In this document: piece by piece, positions 9,333 through 18,964 of the stretch
Layout of the letters: each line of letters starts with the position of its first letter
How positions within the stretch are numbered: the first letter of the stretch is position 1
Virus record (IMG/VR): IMGVR_UViG_3300045283_000116
Location: 1 to 64,000 of that record
Direction: 5' to 3' (one strand)
Length of the DNA stretch: 64,000 nucleotides
Source of the DNA: a virus
Made by a program: the position numbers and the translations under genes
Notes under the pieces: model-generated
What the model was told of the DNA's origin: nothing
Databases searched by the model: none
Seen by the model: the letters and a program-made list of their open reading frames with translations, nothing else

Positions 9333-9541
9333 TGGCGCAGGCGAGTTGTCACGGGTGTGGGGCGGACATCGTGTGGAGGGACCTGCCGGACGGGTCGAAG
9401 GGTGCCTTCGACGTTCACGAGGTCTCGGCCGGGCCGGGGCGGTACGTCGACTCGGAGGAGGGCCTGAGACCCGTCACCGAGACGGCAAGCGTTTCCGCCC
9501 TCCAGCTTCACGCGCTCGTCTGTCCCGTCAATGACCGCTGA
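9332..9541 (+). CDS. Small zinc-finger protein
   Basis: CHGCGADIVW...HALVCP. Confidence 0.7.
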   Translation: MAQASCHGCGADIVWRDLPDGSKGAFDVHEVSAGPGRYVDSEEGLRPVTETASVSALQLHALVCPVNDR

Positions 9542-9746
9542 GGCTCGCGCCCTCGAGGCGCTCCAGCTCGCTCGAGCATCCCAAGAGCGCATATTGGAAC
9601 TGGAGTCTGCACTTGAGCGCGCGAAAGTAAGTCGCGATCGGGCACTTACCGAGTGCTGCGAGATCGCAGGCGAAGAACGGACAGTGCGGGAACTCGGCCT
9701 ACACGCCAACTCCCTGCGTGCGATGGTCAAACGCGCGACATGCTGA
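9531..9746 (+). CDS. Small HTH-like protein
   Basis: RTVRELGLHANSLRAMVKRA. Confidence 0.5.
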   Translation: MTAEARALEALQLARASQERILELESALERAKVSRDRALTECCEIAGEERTVRELGLHANSLRAMVKRATC

Positions 9747-10138
9747 ACGACCGGCTGACCGAACTCGTCGAGGAGTACATGCGCGGCTGGCGCGAGGACC
9801 GCCTCAAGCGCAACCGCGAACCGCTGATGGAGGCGATCGAACTGGAGCGCCGCGGCCTGCGACACACGCGGTTCAGCCACGTGGCGAACCTGCCCGCGAT
9901 GGTCGCGCCGTTCTCGATCGTCATCCCTGGGAACTTCTGGCTGCACGTCGCTGCCGACGAAGTCGAGGTCGCCTGTCCGTGCGGTTCCGAGCCGCGGATG
10001 CACTCCGGCGTTCCGGTGGTCTGCTCTGGCGAGGAGTGCCCACGCGCCTACCTCTACACGGGGCGCGAAGTGCTGGTGGCGTTCAGCCCGAGAGGCACCG
10101 AACCCGTCGAGGAGCCCGATCCCGTCGACGAGATGTGA
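9740..10138 (+). CDS. Hypothetical protein with zinc ribbon
   Basis: CPCG...CSGEECPRAY. Confidence 0.65.
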   Translation: MLNDRLTELVEEYMRGWREDRLKRNREPLMEAIELERRGLRHTRFSHVANLPAMVAPFSIVIPGNFWLHVAADEVEVACPCGSEPRMHSGVPVVCSGEECPRAYLYTGREVLVAFSPRGTEPVEEPDPVDEM

Positions 10139-10175
10139 CGGATCGGTAATCTCGGACTGAAGTCGTCTGCTTTTC

Positions 10176-10484
10176 GTGCAACGATTTACGGCGATGAGGA
10201 ACTACGCGCCCATGCCCAGCCCGGAGCACATGTACGCCATCGCGGTGCGCGTCGGCGAGATCCTCGGCCGCCGTTTCGCCTACATGCACGCGCGCTGCTA
10301 CCACTTCGCGCTCGAGGACGGCTGGTCGATTTCGATTCAGGCGGAAAGTGCGGGCCGTGTCCGCGTGTCGGCCTGCCGCTGGACCCGTCCCGTCGCTACG
10401 CTGTGGGCGCGCGCCGACGACCACAACAGGCTGGCTGGCCTCGTCGTCGAGCTCGCGGGAGAAATCGACGGAGTCTTGGCATAG
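10176..10484 (+). CDS. Hypothetical protein (start uncertain)
   Basis: ORF with codon bias. Confidence 0.55.
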   Translation: MQRFTAMRNYAPMPSPEHMYAIAVRVGEILGRRFAYMHARCYHFALEDGWSISIQAESAGRVRVSACRWTRPVATLWARADDHNRLAGLVVELAGEIDGVLA

Positions 10485-10553
10485 GGAGCACGACATGACG
10501 ACCTCACGACTAGCCACCACGAACCGCTCACGAGGCTGCCGCTCACGCTCGGC

Positions 10554-10877
10554 GTGACGGTCAAAGCCAACTGGTTCGAGGGCTCCGTCGACACCCAGGC
10601 CGCGGGACCGGACGTAACCCGCGTCGGACGGCTCGTTGATCTTCTCGGGCCAGAGGAACTCAACGTCAGGCTCGCTGCCCTCATGCGCGACGAGAGCGAG
10701 CTCTACAACGAGGGCATCACCTGTCCGATCAAGGACCACGACGCCTCATCCTGCGTCGCGTGCCCGATCCGCGAGACCGATCCGCTGGAGCGCCTTGAGC
10801 CGCTGTGCACGATCGGCGTCGAGCAGGACAAGGTCATCACCGCCCTCCTGGTGCACGCCCATGCCCCAGGTCGTTGA
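10554..10877 (+). CDS. Cys-rich hypothetical protein
   Basis: CPIK...CVACP...LC. Confidence 0.6.
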   Translation: MTVKANWFEGSVDTQAAGPDVTRVGRLVDLLGPEELNVRLAALMRDESELYNEGITCPIKDHDASSCVACPIRETDPLERLEPLCTIGVEQDKVITALLVHAHAPGR

Positions 10878-11331
10878 CGCTCCGCTCTCGCACAAGGGGA
10901 CTCCGATATCGGCGACGATCGGCGCGCGGCGGATGTCGGCGACGCACGCGGACCGGCTGGCGATCCTGGCGGGCGAGAAGACGGAGATCCGCCACCACGC
11001 CCCCGCAGCATGGAGGGCGAGGCCACCCGGCCGCCCGCCGGGGCCGTGCATCATCTACACGGATCGCGCTGACGGGCTGGTGCTCACCGACGTGATCTGG
11101 GCGGACACCCCGTGGTTTGAGCCGCTGTCGGCGATCAGCCCCGAGGGCCTCAAGGCCGAGGGTTTCGAGACGTACGAGGAGTTCCTTGCGTACATGAAGC
11201 GGCGGTGGGCACCGAAGAAGCTCGAGATCATGATGGTCGTCCGCGTCACGCGAGTCCGCCGTCTCACCGAGGAGGACATTCAGGCGTTCAAGGACGCGGC
11301 GTACGAGCGGCTCTACGGCCAGTACGCATGA
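10861..11331 (+). CDS. ASCH/PUA-like domain protein
   Basis: AILAGEKTEIR...LSAISPEGLKAEGFETYEEFLAY. Confidence 0.7.
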   Translation: MPQVVDAPLSHKGTPISATIGARRMSATHADRLAILAGEKTEIRHHAPAAWRARPPGRPPGPCIIYTDRADGLVLTDVIWADTPWFEPLSAISPEGLKAEGFETYEEFLAYMKRRWAPKKLEIMMVVRVTRVRRLTEEDIQAFKDAAYERLYGQYA

Positions 11332-11669
11332 GCCCGGCCGAGTGGCGGATCTACGGTCGGCGCGGAGGCTGCGTCATGTGCGGGCTCCGGCTGCCGGAGG
11401 ACCAGGACATCGACCCGAGCTTCCGACCGGAGTTGCGCAATATCGAGGTCCACCACGGCATCCGCCAGCAGGATCTCCGTCGCCGCGGTCTGGACCTCTG
11501 GGACGAGCGACTCGCCGTCTGCCTTTGCGAGTACCACCACCGCCGCCACACGAACAGGGTCCGGCGCATCATCCGCCAGGCGCTTCCGGTCGGCCTGCTG
11601 GACTACGTCGCCGAGCACGACCTCTGGCCCCAATTCGATCGGGAGTACCCCTTTGGCCTCACCACCTAA
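11328..11669 (+). CDS. HNH endonuclease (terminase-associated)
   Basis: CVMCG...EVHH...LCEYHH...H; immediately upstream of packaging genes. Confidence 0.75.
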   Translation: MSPAEWRIYGRRGGCVMCGLRLPEDQDIDPSFRPELRNIEVHHGIRQQDLRRRGLDLWDERLAVCLCEYHHRRHTNRVRRIIRQALPVGLLDYVAEHDLWPQFDREYPFGLTT

Positions 11670-12303
11670 GACTCCGCTCACCACGTCCACGCCGCCGCCG
11701 ACCGCGCCAGCGCCGCCGGTCGTCTTCCAGGTCGCGCTGCCCGGCGGCGGACGCCTCGAACTGGAGAACCAGGACGAGGTCGACATGTGGAACGACGCCA
11801 AGAAGAAGTACGAGATCGACTACGGCTTCACGCGGACCAACGACCTGATCCTGCTCGGTGCGATGTTGTCCCAGGGCATCGCCATGTACCGCGCCCAGGT
11901 GGATCTCACGTCGCCGGTCAAGGGCAAGGCGGCCACCGCGTCGACGCGTATTGCCTCCGCGGCTGGCGAGATCCGGGCGCTCGAGAAGGCGCTGGGCATC
12001 GACAAGAAAACTCGCGACTCGAGTTCCGGGCAGAACCTCGCCGAGTACCTCGCGATGCTCAAGCGCGCGGCCCACGCTCGCGGCGTTCACATCGCGGCGC
12101 GGACCAAGGCGTACGAGGAGTTCAGCATGGCGCTGCGCCAGAAGATCCGGGTGCTGCGAAACGCCGACGACGAGGACCGGCTCTACGAGGGCGTCAGCGA
12201 GGTTTCGATCATCCAGTGGGCCGAAGGTGAGCTCGCGCGACTGGAAGCGAAAGACCAGGAATGGGCTCAGGAGAAAGGCAGGGTGTTCGTCGGCCGCCTG
12301 TAG
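11653..12303 (+). CDS. Probable terminase small subunit
   Basis: Helical, IRALEKALGID motif, position between HNH and TerL. Confidence 0.55.
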   Translation: MASPPKTPLTTSTPPPTAPAPPVVFQVALPGGGRLELENQDEVDMWNDAKKKYEIDYGFTRTNDLILLGAMLSQGIAMYRAQVDLTSPVKGKAATASTRIASAAGEIRALEKALGIDKKTRDSSSGQNLAEYLAMLKRAAHARGVHIAARTKAYEEFSMALRQKIRVLRNADDEDRLYEGVSEVSIIQWAEGELARLEAKDQEWAQEKGRVFVGRL

Positions 12304-12617
12304 ACCTCGTCTGGCTGGTGGCGCGCGAGTACCACGCGACCACGGCAGCGGCGGCGATGGCGCTGGCACATGGCAGGGTGACGATCAACGATGTGGCGGT
12401 GGGCCTCGTTCACCGCTACTCATACACGCGCGAGGACTTGGCCGGGGCAATGCTCGGGCTGCACACGCAGCGCAGGCGCGTCTTTGGCAGCCAGCCGATC
12501 CGTCAGGGTGTAGGGGGTGTAGGGGGTGTCGTAGCCTCACGACACCCAGGCGACACCCCCCTCGCGACACCCCGGCAAGTCACGACTGGAGTTCAAGGAA
12601 CGCTATGGCCTCGTTAG
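12261..12617 (+). CDS. Possible S4-like domain protein
   Basis: VDLVWLVAREYHATTAAAAMALAHGRVTIND; start uncertain, C-terminus runs through a repeat. Confidence 0.35.
   Translation: MGSGERQGVRRPPVDLVWLVAREYHATTAAAAMALAHGRVTINDVAVGLVHRYSYTREDLAGAMLGLHTQRRRVFGSQPIRQGVGGVGGVVASRHPGDTPLATPRQVTTGVQGTLWPR
12505..12573. repeat. Three GGGTGT(A/C) units facing three CGACACCC units
   Basis: agggtgtagggggtgtagggggtgtcg-tagcctca-cgacacccaggcgacacccccctcgcgacacccc. Confidence 0.85.
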
Positions 12618-14326
12618 GAGTCTTCGTCGACGACCAGGGAAAGCCCGGCCGTAGCCCGCTGCCTGAGACCGAAGGGACGTGGACCTTCGACGAGGACGAC
12701 TACCTCCTCTACGCCATGCTCTGCGACCCCGTCCACTGCGCCGAGCTGCTCGGCGACGACCCGAACAACCGCGACTACGGCGGCTGCTACACGGTCCGCG
12801 ACTACCAGTACCCGCTGTTCCGCATGGACGACAACTACGCCGGGGCGACGTGCGCCCGATCGGTGGGCAAGACCGAGTCGATCAAGTGGAAGTCGGTCGC
12901 GCACACGTTCAGGCGGATCGGAGAGAACCTTCTCGTAACCGCCCCGGAGCTCATCCACCTGCTCCCGTTGACGGACGCGATCGAGGACACGATCCGGTCG
13001 CTGCGCCTCACGCGCCAGTTCCTCGACATGCGCGGCGGGAAGACCGGCTTCACGCACCGGCCCTTCGGCGTCGACTTCCTCGACGGGACGAAGATCGTCG
13101 GGCGCATTCCGCGGCTGACGGGCACGGGCGTCAAGGGCCAGCACCAGCCGGACCTGATGGTCGACGAGGGCCAGGACTACCCGGAGAAGGGCTGGACCGA
13201 AGTCCACGAGACGGTGCTCAAGGACCACGTCGACATCGACGGAAACCCCGACTTCAGCTACCACTTCTACGGCGTGCACTCCGGAGAGCGCGGGTCCGGA
13301 TTTGCCAAGCGAGCCACGGAGGGCTCGTTCCGGATCGTGCAGGTCACGGCGATCCAGCGCCCCGGCTGGTGCGCGGCGGAGAAGGCGGCGGCGATCGCGG
13401 CCTACGGCGGCACGTCAAACGGCGACTATCGTCGGAACATCTACGGCGAGCCCGGCGCGCCCGCGAGCCCGTTCTTCGTCACCGCGCGGCTCGTCGCGTG
13501 CCTCGACCAGGAGCGCGAGTCGTTCTACAACCAGAGCGAGTACCTGTACCAGTTGCTCCGCGCCGAGGAGTTCGACGAGATGGGGCTGCCGATCGCGGAG
13601 CTGCTCGACCTGCCGATGGGGCTCAAGAACGTGTGGGGCGGCATGGACGTGGGCCTCACCGAGTCGCCGACCGTCATCACCCTGTGGTCCGAGCAGAAGC
13701 ACGACGGCGTGATCCGCCTCAAGCTCGTGCGGCGCATCCATCTCGAGCGCTTCCGCACGCGCGTGATCCGCGAGGCCCTGTACGCGATCTTCCGCACGTA
13801 CAACAAGAACCTCAAGGGCTTCGGGATGGACATCACCGGGCTCGGCTTCCCGATGTGGCAGGAGATGGAGGACGACGAGGCGGTCCCGCCGCGGTTGCTC
13901 GAAGTCACGCGCGGCTACTTCTTCAACGCCAAGGTGCCGGTCCACGTCGACAAGGATCAGGTCACGACGGACGCTGGCGGGCGGATGCGCGACCATCTCG
14001 GCCAGGCGGTCGTGGAGGAGACCGACCCGAACACCGGTCTGCCGCGCTACGTGACGATGATGTCGATGATCGAAGCGAGCACCCGCTACCTGCGCGAGTT
14101 CGTCGACCAGCGCAAGATGCTGCTCCCCTTCGACACGGAGATCACCCGCGACATGCAGGCCGAGACCCAGCAGCGGGTCAAGCGGCTCGCCGGGGCTCAG
14201 CGCAAGCCCAACGCCTTCCACATCCTCGACTCGATGCGGGCGATGGCGATGGTCTACCACTCCGAGGAAATGGAGCGGGCGCTCGCGCAGGACCAGATCC
14301 AGCCCGTGCTCGAATTGGCGCTGTGA
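12605..14326 (+). CDS. terL: Terminase large subunit
   Basis: Walker A CARSVGKT, Walker B LMVDEGQD, nuclease GGMDVG / GMDITGLG / HILDSMR; AAGGAA RBS. Confidence 0.9.
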   Translation: MASLGVFVDDQGKPGRSPLPETEGTWTFDEDDYLLYAMLCDPVHCAELLGDDPNNRDYGGCYTVRDYQYPLFRMDDNYAGATCARSVGKTESIKWKSVAHTFRRIGENLLVTAPELIHLLPLTDAIEDTIRSLRLTRQFLDMRGGKTGFTHRPFGVDFLDGTKIVGRIPRLTGTGVKGQHQPDLMVDEGQDYPEKGWTEVHETVLKDHVDIDGNPDFSYHFYGVHSGERGSGFAKRATEGSFRIVQVTAIQRPGWCAAEKAAAIAAYGGTSNGDYRRNIYGEPGAPASPFFVTARLVACLDQERESFYNQSEYLYQLLRAEEFDEMGLPIAELLDLPMGLKNVWGGMDVGLTESPTVITLWSEQKHDGVIRLKLVRRIHLERFRTRVIREALYAIFRTYNKNLKGFGMDITGLGFPMWQEMEDDEAVPPRLLEVTRGYFFNAKVPVHVDKDQVTTDAGGRMRDHLGQAVVEETDPNTGLPRYVTMMSMIEASTRYLREFVDQRKMLLPFDTEITRDMQAETQQRVKRLAGAQRKPNAFHILDSMRAMAMVYHSEEMERALAQDQIQPVLELAL

Positions 14327-14724
14327 CCGAGACCGCCACCGATCCGCTGATGGTGGCGCTGACCCTCCGGGTCCCTGTGCAGGACCCGGAGAAACCGCGA
14401 TCGGAGTTTGCGGATGAGCTCGGGACGTTCATGCTGGTCTCGGCGTTCTGGTCGGGCGAGATGAACGCGATCCGCTTCGACGCGCGGCAGGCGCTCGACG
14501 ACCTCGAGAGTCGCTGGGCGAAGATGACCGGCTGGGAGGGCATGGTCCGCGGCCGCACCAACGAGTCGGTCGAGGCGGCAAAGCGCGACTTCGATCCCGA
14601 CTTGTGGGATCACCTGCACTACCGCCGCTGCCAGCTCCGCGACCTCGACACCGAGATCGAGCGCCTCGATCGCGACGCGACGAAGGTCTCGCGTGCGTAC
14701 ACGATCCTGATCGGCTCGCCCTGA
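14323..14724 (+). CDS. Hypothetical helical protein
   Basis: GTGA overlap with TerL, codon bias. Confidence 0.7.
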   Translation: MTETATDPLMVALTLRVPVQDPEKPRSEFADELGTFMLVSAFWSGEMNAIRFDARQALDDLESRWAKMTGWEGMVRGRTNESVEAAKRDFDPDLWDHLHYRRCQLRDLDTEIERLDRDATKVSRAYTILIGSP

Positions 14725-14775
14725 TCGCGGGTATGCGGTAGACCTAGTAGGCGCAAGACCCTCCGACGAAAGGCG

Positions 14776-15024
14776 ATGATGTCCCCCCAGGCACGCACCG
14801 GAACCGCGAAGGCCGACGACGACGAGGACGAGAAGACCACGACCTCAAGCGACGAGGGCGTGACGGAGCCGGACGGCAGCAACGCTCACAACATGGTGAC
14901 CCCGGACACGAACGTCACCCCGATAGAGCCCGGCGAGGGCGCGACCACCTTCATGACCGCCGAGGAGGCGGAGGAGGCCGAAGCGGCGGACGCGAAGTCC
15001 AAGTCGGCCAAGAACGACGACTGA
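14776..15024 (+). CDS. Acidic low-complexity protein
   Basis: D/E/T-rich, AAAGG RBS. Confidence 0.6.
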   Translation: MMSPQARTGTAKADDDEDEKTTTSSDEGVTEPDGSNAHNMVTPDTNVTPIEPGEGATTFMTAEEAEEAEAADAKSKSAKNDD

Positions 15025-15152
15025 TGTCCGTCATCAACTACACGGTCTGGCGCAAGGCGAAGGCAAACACAACGACCCACGTGGACCTACCCGCCCTGCG
15101 CTTGTTCCCGGCGATCCCGTACATCTGGATCGACGCGGCGCGCGGCCGGTAG
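15024..15152 (+). CDS. 42-aa protein (not in ORF track)
   Basis: TGATG overlap; MSVINYTVWRKAKANTTTHVDLPALRLFPAIPYIWIDAARGR. Confidence 0.5.
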   Translation: MSVINYTVWRKAKANTTTHVDLPALRLFPAIPYIWIDAARGR

Positions 15153-15218
15153 AACCAACCGTCCCTCATCAAGACGGTGAATAGGTACCGGCGGCGCTCA
15201 GCCCGCCGGGGGCGTTTG

Positions 15219-15250
15219 CGGAGGGCCGCCATGTTCGGGGCGGCCCTCCG
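15219..15250. terminator. Terminator hairpin between convergent genes
   Basis: CGGAGGGCCGCC / GGCGGCCCTCCG 12-bp stem. Confidence 0.75.
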
Positions 15251-15258
15251 TGTTTGCG

Positions 15259-16206
15259 CTAGTGGCCGGGCACGTTGAACTGCCCGACGCCGTCCTTCGT
15301 GCACAGGGTGTAGATCCTGCGCAGGCTCGGGCGCTTGCCCTGGCGGTTGCGGTGGCCCCAGATCGCCACGGCGACGACGCGGCCAGCGCGCGCGTGGATG
15401 CCCACGAACGAGATGTGGACGCGGCGGCCGGGCAGCACGGGCAGCACCTTGCGAGTGCTGGCAACCCAGGCGATCACGCGCTTGTGGCCCTTGAAGCCGA
15501 TCGGCAGCGTGACGTTGAACTGACGGCGGCTGACACAGGTCGCCGACTTACCGGACGGACCACGCGGACCACGCGGGCCAGCGGGACCGGTCGGTCCGGG
15601 GGGACCAGGAGGGCCGGGAGCACCGTTGGTGCCGTTGGTCCCATTCGTACCATTGGTCCCATTCGCCCCAGCGGGACCAGCGGGGCCTTGCGGACCGGGG
15701 GGACCCTGCGCACCGGGGGCACCGGGCGTGCCGGGAGGCCCAGGAGGACCAGGCGGTCCGGGAGGTCCGGGAGGACCGGGCGGACCAGGCGGGCACTGCA
15801 CGCACGGCGGCGGACAGTCGTGCTTGCAGGGTGGTGGCGGGCAATCCTTCGTGCACGGCGGCGGCGGACAGTCCGTCGTCATCGTGCGTAGCGCCACGCG
15901 ACTGTCCATCGGCGGGCATGGGTTGGGCGGACACGGGTCGGTGGTGACGCCACGTGTCGTGGTCTTCGGGCACGGCGGTGGCGTCGGCTTGCAAGGGCCG
16001 AGGTAGTCGCCGTGCGCGAGATGGGCCGGGACCGCCGACGCGTCGACCGAGATCGTGTGCGCGTTGGCGGGGTTGCCCGGCGGGATGTGGCAGATCGTCA
16101 CCTTGTGATCCACGCGAACGTGGTGCACGGAGTGATGCTTCGTGGCCGACGCGGACGCCGCTGGCAGGACCAGCAACGCGGCAGCGACGGCCAATAGGGA
16201 CTTCAT
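15259..16206 (-). CDS. Secreted collagen-like protein
   Basis: Signal [21 protein letters not shown]; KVTICH...[11 protein letters not shown] module; CPPPPC repeats; (GPP)n; C-terminal CVSRRQF...RIYTLC. Confidence 0.85.
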   Translation of the reverse strand: MKSLLAVAAALLVLPAASASATKHHSVHHVRVDHKVTICHIPPGNPANAHTISVDASAVPAHLAHGDYLGPCKPTPPPCPKTTTRGVTTDPCPPNPCPPMDSRVALRTMTTDCPPPPCTKDCPPPPCKHDCPPPCVQCPPGPPGPPGPPGPPGPPGPPGTPGAPGAQGPPGPQGPAGPAGANGTNGTNGTNGTNGAPGPPGPPGPTGPAGPRGPRGPSGKSATCVSRRQFNVTLPIGFKGHKRVIAWVASTRKVLPVLPGRRVHISFVGIHARAGRVVAVAIWGHRNRQGKRPSLRRIYTLCTKDGVGQFNVPGH

Positions 16207-16359
16207 GGCTCTCCCTGAGTCGTGGTCGCTGTGGGCGGGGCGGACCACGCCGACCTGTGGATTCTTAGCGCGAGCTTAGGGGCTAAGAGCCCGAACCGCC
16301 GACCCAAGTCCCCCGATTCACGATCTAAGGACCACGGATCGGACTCTAGTCCGGCTTTC

Positions 16360-16372
16360 GTCGTAGATTAGG
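16360..16372 (+). promoter_or_regulatory. Late promoter-like motif GTCGTAGATTAGG (copy 1, portal)
   Basis: Exact 13-mer found 5 times; TAGATT is 6 nt before the portal GTG. Confidence 0.75.
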
Positions 16373-16375
16373 AGC

Positions 16376-18478
16376 GTGGCCGAGCTCCTCCTCCCGCCCG
16401 GCGTCGACGCTCCCAGCCGCGGCCCGTTGCCGGAGGGCCAAGTTGTCGGCCGAGGCATGGTCGTCAACGAGACCGATCTCCCCGACGAGGCGGTCATGAC
16501 CTACGTCGAGGAGCACGCCTCGATGCTCGGTGTCAACCAGTCCTCGCAGATGACCAGCTTCCAGGGCTCGGGCGGCTCCCTCTTGGCTCGTGCGCGGTTC
16601 AAGGTGCCGCGCACGATCCAGGACGAGATGATGCTCGCCCGCGACCTCGCCGAGAAGGACGACGATGTCGGCGCGACGATCGGCTCGATGACCGCGCTCG
16701 CGTGCGGCGAGGGATGGCGGCACTCGCACGTCGACGAGGTCACCGTCGCCGCCTTCGACAAGATCGCGCGCGAGATGAACCTGTACCGCGTGTTGCAGGA
16801 GATGTACCGCGAGCTCCTCATCACGGCGTCGATCACGTCGGTCCACGCGTTCATGTCCAAGCCGCTCCAGTTCCAGCCGCAGGGCTCGGACCGCCAGCGC
16901 ACCCGGAACATCATCATGCCGATGGTCGGCGTGCTGCCGGGCGAGCAGGTGCGGGTGCTCGACAACGACATGTTCGCCACCGGCACCCTCGCCTACGCGC
17001 CGCTGACCGGCTCGCAGGAGGTCTGGCTGCGCGAGTTCTTCTCGCCGCAGACCACCGCGGCGCGCAAGGCCGAGATGCGCCGCGAGGACCCGGTGCTCAC
17101 CACGCTTCTCGTGCGCGAGGTCCGCGTCAACACGGACGCTCCGACGTACATCGAGTCCACCGACGCGGCGCAGGGCGGCACGCTATACCTGCTCAACCCG
17201 ACGATGGTGCACCGCTCCACGTTCCCGAAGGGTGCGGCTCGCTACGCCCGGCCGCTACTGACCCGGAACTTCGCGCTCGTCGAGGCCAAGCGGATGCTGA
17301 ACATCATGGACTACGCTCTGCTCCAGGGCGGGGCGAACTTCCTCGTCGTGGCGAAGAAGGGCACCGACCAGCGCCCCGCCCAACCTGCCGAGATCAGCAA
17401 CCTGCGCGAGCAGCTCCGGCGGTCCGGATCGACCGGCGCGATCATCGGCGACCACCGCCTCAGCATCGAGGTCATCACGCCGAAGCTCGACGAGATGCTC
17501 AACGCGGAGAAGCGCAAGCTGCTGGGTCGCAAGATCGCGATGGCGATGCTCCGGCTGCCCGAGTTCAGCGAGGGCGACACGGGCGGCGGCGGCCAGTCGG
17601 TCCTCACGGACACGGAAATCCTGTCTCGAGTCGTGGCTTCGGACCGCGGCATCCTTAAGCGTCACGTCGAGAACGGGATCTACGAGGAGATCGAGGAGCG
17701 CAACACGGCGAGCTTCCAGACCGGCGCGGCCGACCTGTGGTTCCCGAAGATCGTCCTCCAGGGCCTCCAGTTCTTCACCGATATGGTGCTCAAGCTCCGC
17801 GACCGAGGCGACATCTCCCGTCATAGCGCCGTCGCCGCGGCGGGCTACGACTATGACGCCGAGGTCGCGGAGCGCAAGCGTGAGAAGTCGGACGATCGGA
17901 CGATGACCCCGGCGATGGGCACCGTTCCGTTCTCCTCTGCGTCCGGCGGTCCACAGGACAATGGTGGTGGACGCCCGCCCGGTGCGTCCAGCGCGAACGG
18001 CGCGCCCGGCTCCCAGCCACCCGGCACATCGAAGGACCCGGCGCATCCCACGAAGGTCATCCAGCGCAACGCGGGCGAGACGGTGCGCGCCTTCGTCGAG
18101 GGCGAGGTCACGTACCGCGCTGGTGAGCTCACCCAGGCGATCCTCGAGGAGTACGCCGACGCCAGCCAGGGTCGCCTCTCCGCCTTCGAGCGCCGGGCCA
18201 TCGAGGAGATCGCCAATGACACATGGCCGGACGAGTGCTTCATGGAGGGGCCGATCACGATCGTGCCGGTGAACCCCGGCGAGATCATCGACGAGATCAA
18301 GGCGATCCGGCTCGCGTCCGGCCTGTCGATGCTGGTCGGGCGCAACACGGAGGACGCGATCATGGCGCGCGCGTTCTGCTTCCGCACGCCGGAGTTCTCA
18401 TCGACCGGCGCGCAGGAGACGGCGTTCAAGTGGGGCTTCGACGTGGGTCCCGTGAAGCGCGAGCCGGTGCCCGCATGA
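16376..18478 (+). CDS. Portal protein with C-terminal extension
   Basis: 700 aa, follows terminase; FLVVAKKGTD...P and IIGDHRLSIEVITP; Gly/Pro linker then about 140 aa extra domain. Confidence 0.8.
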   Translation: MAELLLPPGVDAPSRGPLPEGQVVGRGMVVNETDLPDEAVMTYVEEHASMLGVNQSSQMTSFQGSGGSLLARARFKVPRTIQDEMMLARDLAEKDDDVGATIGSMTALACGEGWRHSHVDEVTVAAFDKIAREMNLYRVLQEMYRELLITASITSVHAFMSKPLQFQPQGSDRQRTRNIIMPMVGVLPGEQVRVLDNDMFATGTLAYAPLTGSQEVWLREFFSPQTTAARKAEMRREDPVLTTLLVREVRVNTDAPTYIESTDAAQGGTLYLLNPTMVHRSTFPKGAARYARPLLTRNFALVEAKRMLNIMDYALLQGGANFLVVAKKGTDQRPAQPAEISNLREQLRRSGSTGAIIGDHRLSIEVITPKLDEMLNAEKRKLLGRKIAMAMLRLPEFSEGDTGGGGQSVLTDTEILSRVVASDRGILKRHVENGIYEEIEERNTASFQTGAADLWFPKIVLQGLQFFTDMVLKLRDRGDISRHSAVAAAGYDYDAEVAERKREKSDDRTMTPAMGTVPFSSASGGPQDNGGGRPPGASSANGAPGSQPPGTSKDPAHPTKVIQRNAGETVRAFVEGEVTYRAGELTQAILEEYADASQGRLSAFERRAIEEIANDTWPDECFMEGPITIVPVNPGEIIDEIKAIRLASGLSMLVGRNTEDAIMARAFCFRTPEFSSTGAQETAFKWGFDVGPVKREPVPA

Positions 18479-18547
18479 CCCCGCCCCCGAAGCCTCCGTA
18501 CGTGCTCGGCTCCTGGTGGCACGACATCACGACCACGGGGAAGTGAC

Positions 18548-18964
18548 ATGGCCGAGAAGAAGAAGAAGGTCAAGTGCAAGAACTGCGGGACGGTGCAGTC
18601 GGCCTCGAACGACACGTGCATCAACTGCGGCGCGTTCCCGCTGTCCGGAGATCCGGTGCAGGAGATGGCCGACACGCGCTACGGGGCCACGCTGCCCACG
18701 AAGACGGCGACCGGCCTGCCGGTCGAGCTTCTCGCCGGCCTGCCGGAGACGGCGCGCACGTTCTCGGCAGCCGAGCGCAAGAAGGCGGCGAGCTCCGGGG
18801 CGGCGATGCCGGACGGCTCGTTCCCGATCCACCACGCCGGGGACCTCTCCAACGCGATCCGGCTGGCGGGCAACGCGAAGGACCCGGCGGCCGCGAAGGC
18901 GCACATCAAGAAGCGGGCCAAGGCGCTCGGTCTTCACAAGGCGATCCCGGACACCTGGTCGTAG
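18548..18964 (+). CDS. Zinc ribbon plus head-associated helical domain
   Basis: CKNCG...CINCG; ERKKAASSGAAMPDGSFPI...DLSNAI...AHIKKRAKALG...IPDTW. Confidence 0.75.
   Translation: MAEKKKKVKCKNCGTVQSASNDTCINCGAFPLSGDPVQEMADTRYGATLPTKTATGLPVELLAGLPETARTFSAAERKKAASSGAAMPDGSFPIHHAGDLSNAIRLAGNAKDPAAAKAHIKKRAKALGLHKAIPDTWS

Noticed and set aside
11858-12604. 822-aa terminase with long N-terminal extension
   Set aside because: Upstream part overlaps terS and is Arg-rich noise; the RBS supports ATG 12605
16250-16330. c-di-AMP (ydaO) riboswitch
   Set aside because: Only fragments (GCCCGAACC, GTGAATC) resemble it, and they lie on opposite strands; full consensus absent
18475-18546. 23-aa micro-ORF coupled to the portal stop
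   Set aside because: ATGA overlap is suggestive, but it is too short and featureless to support
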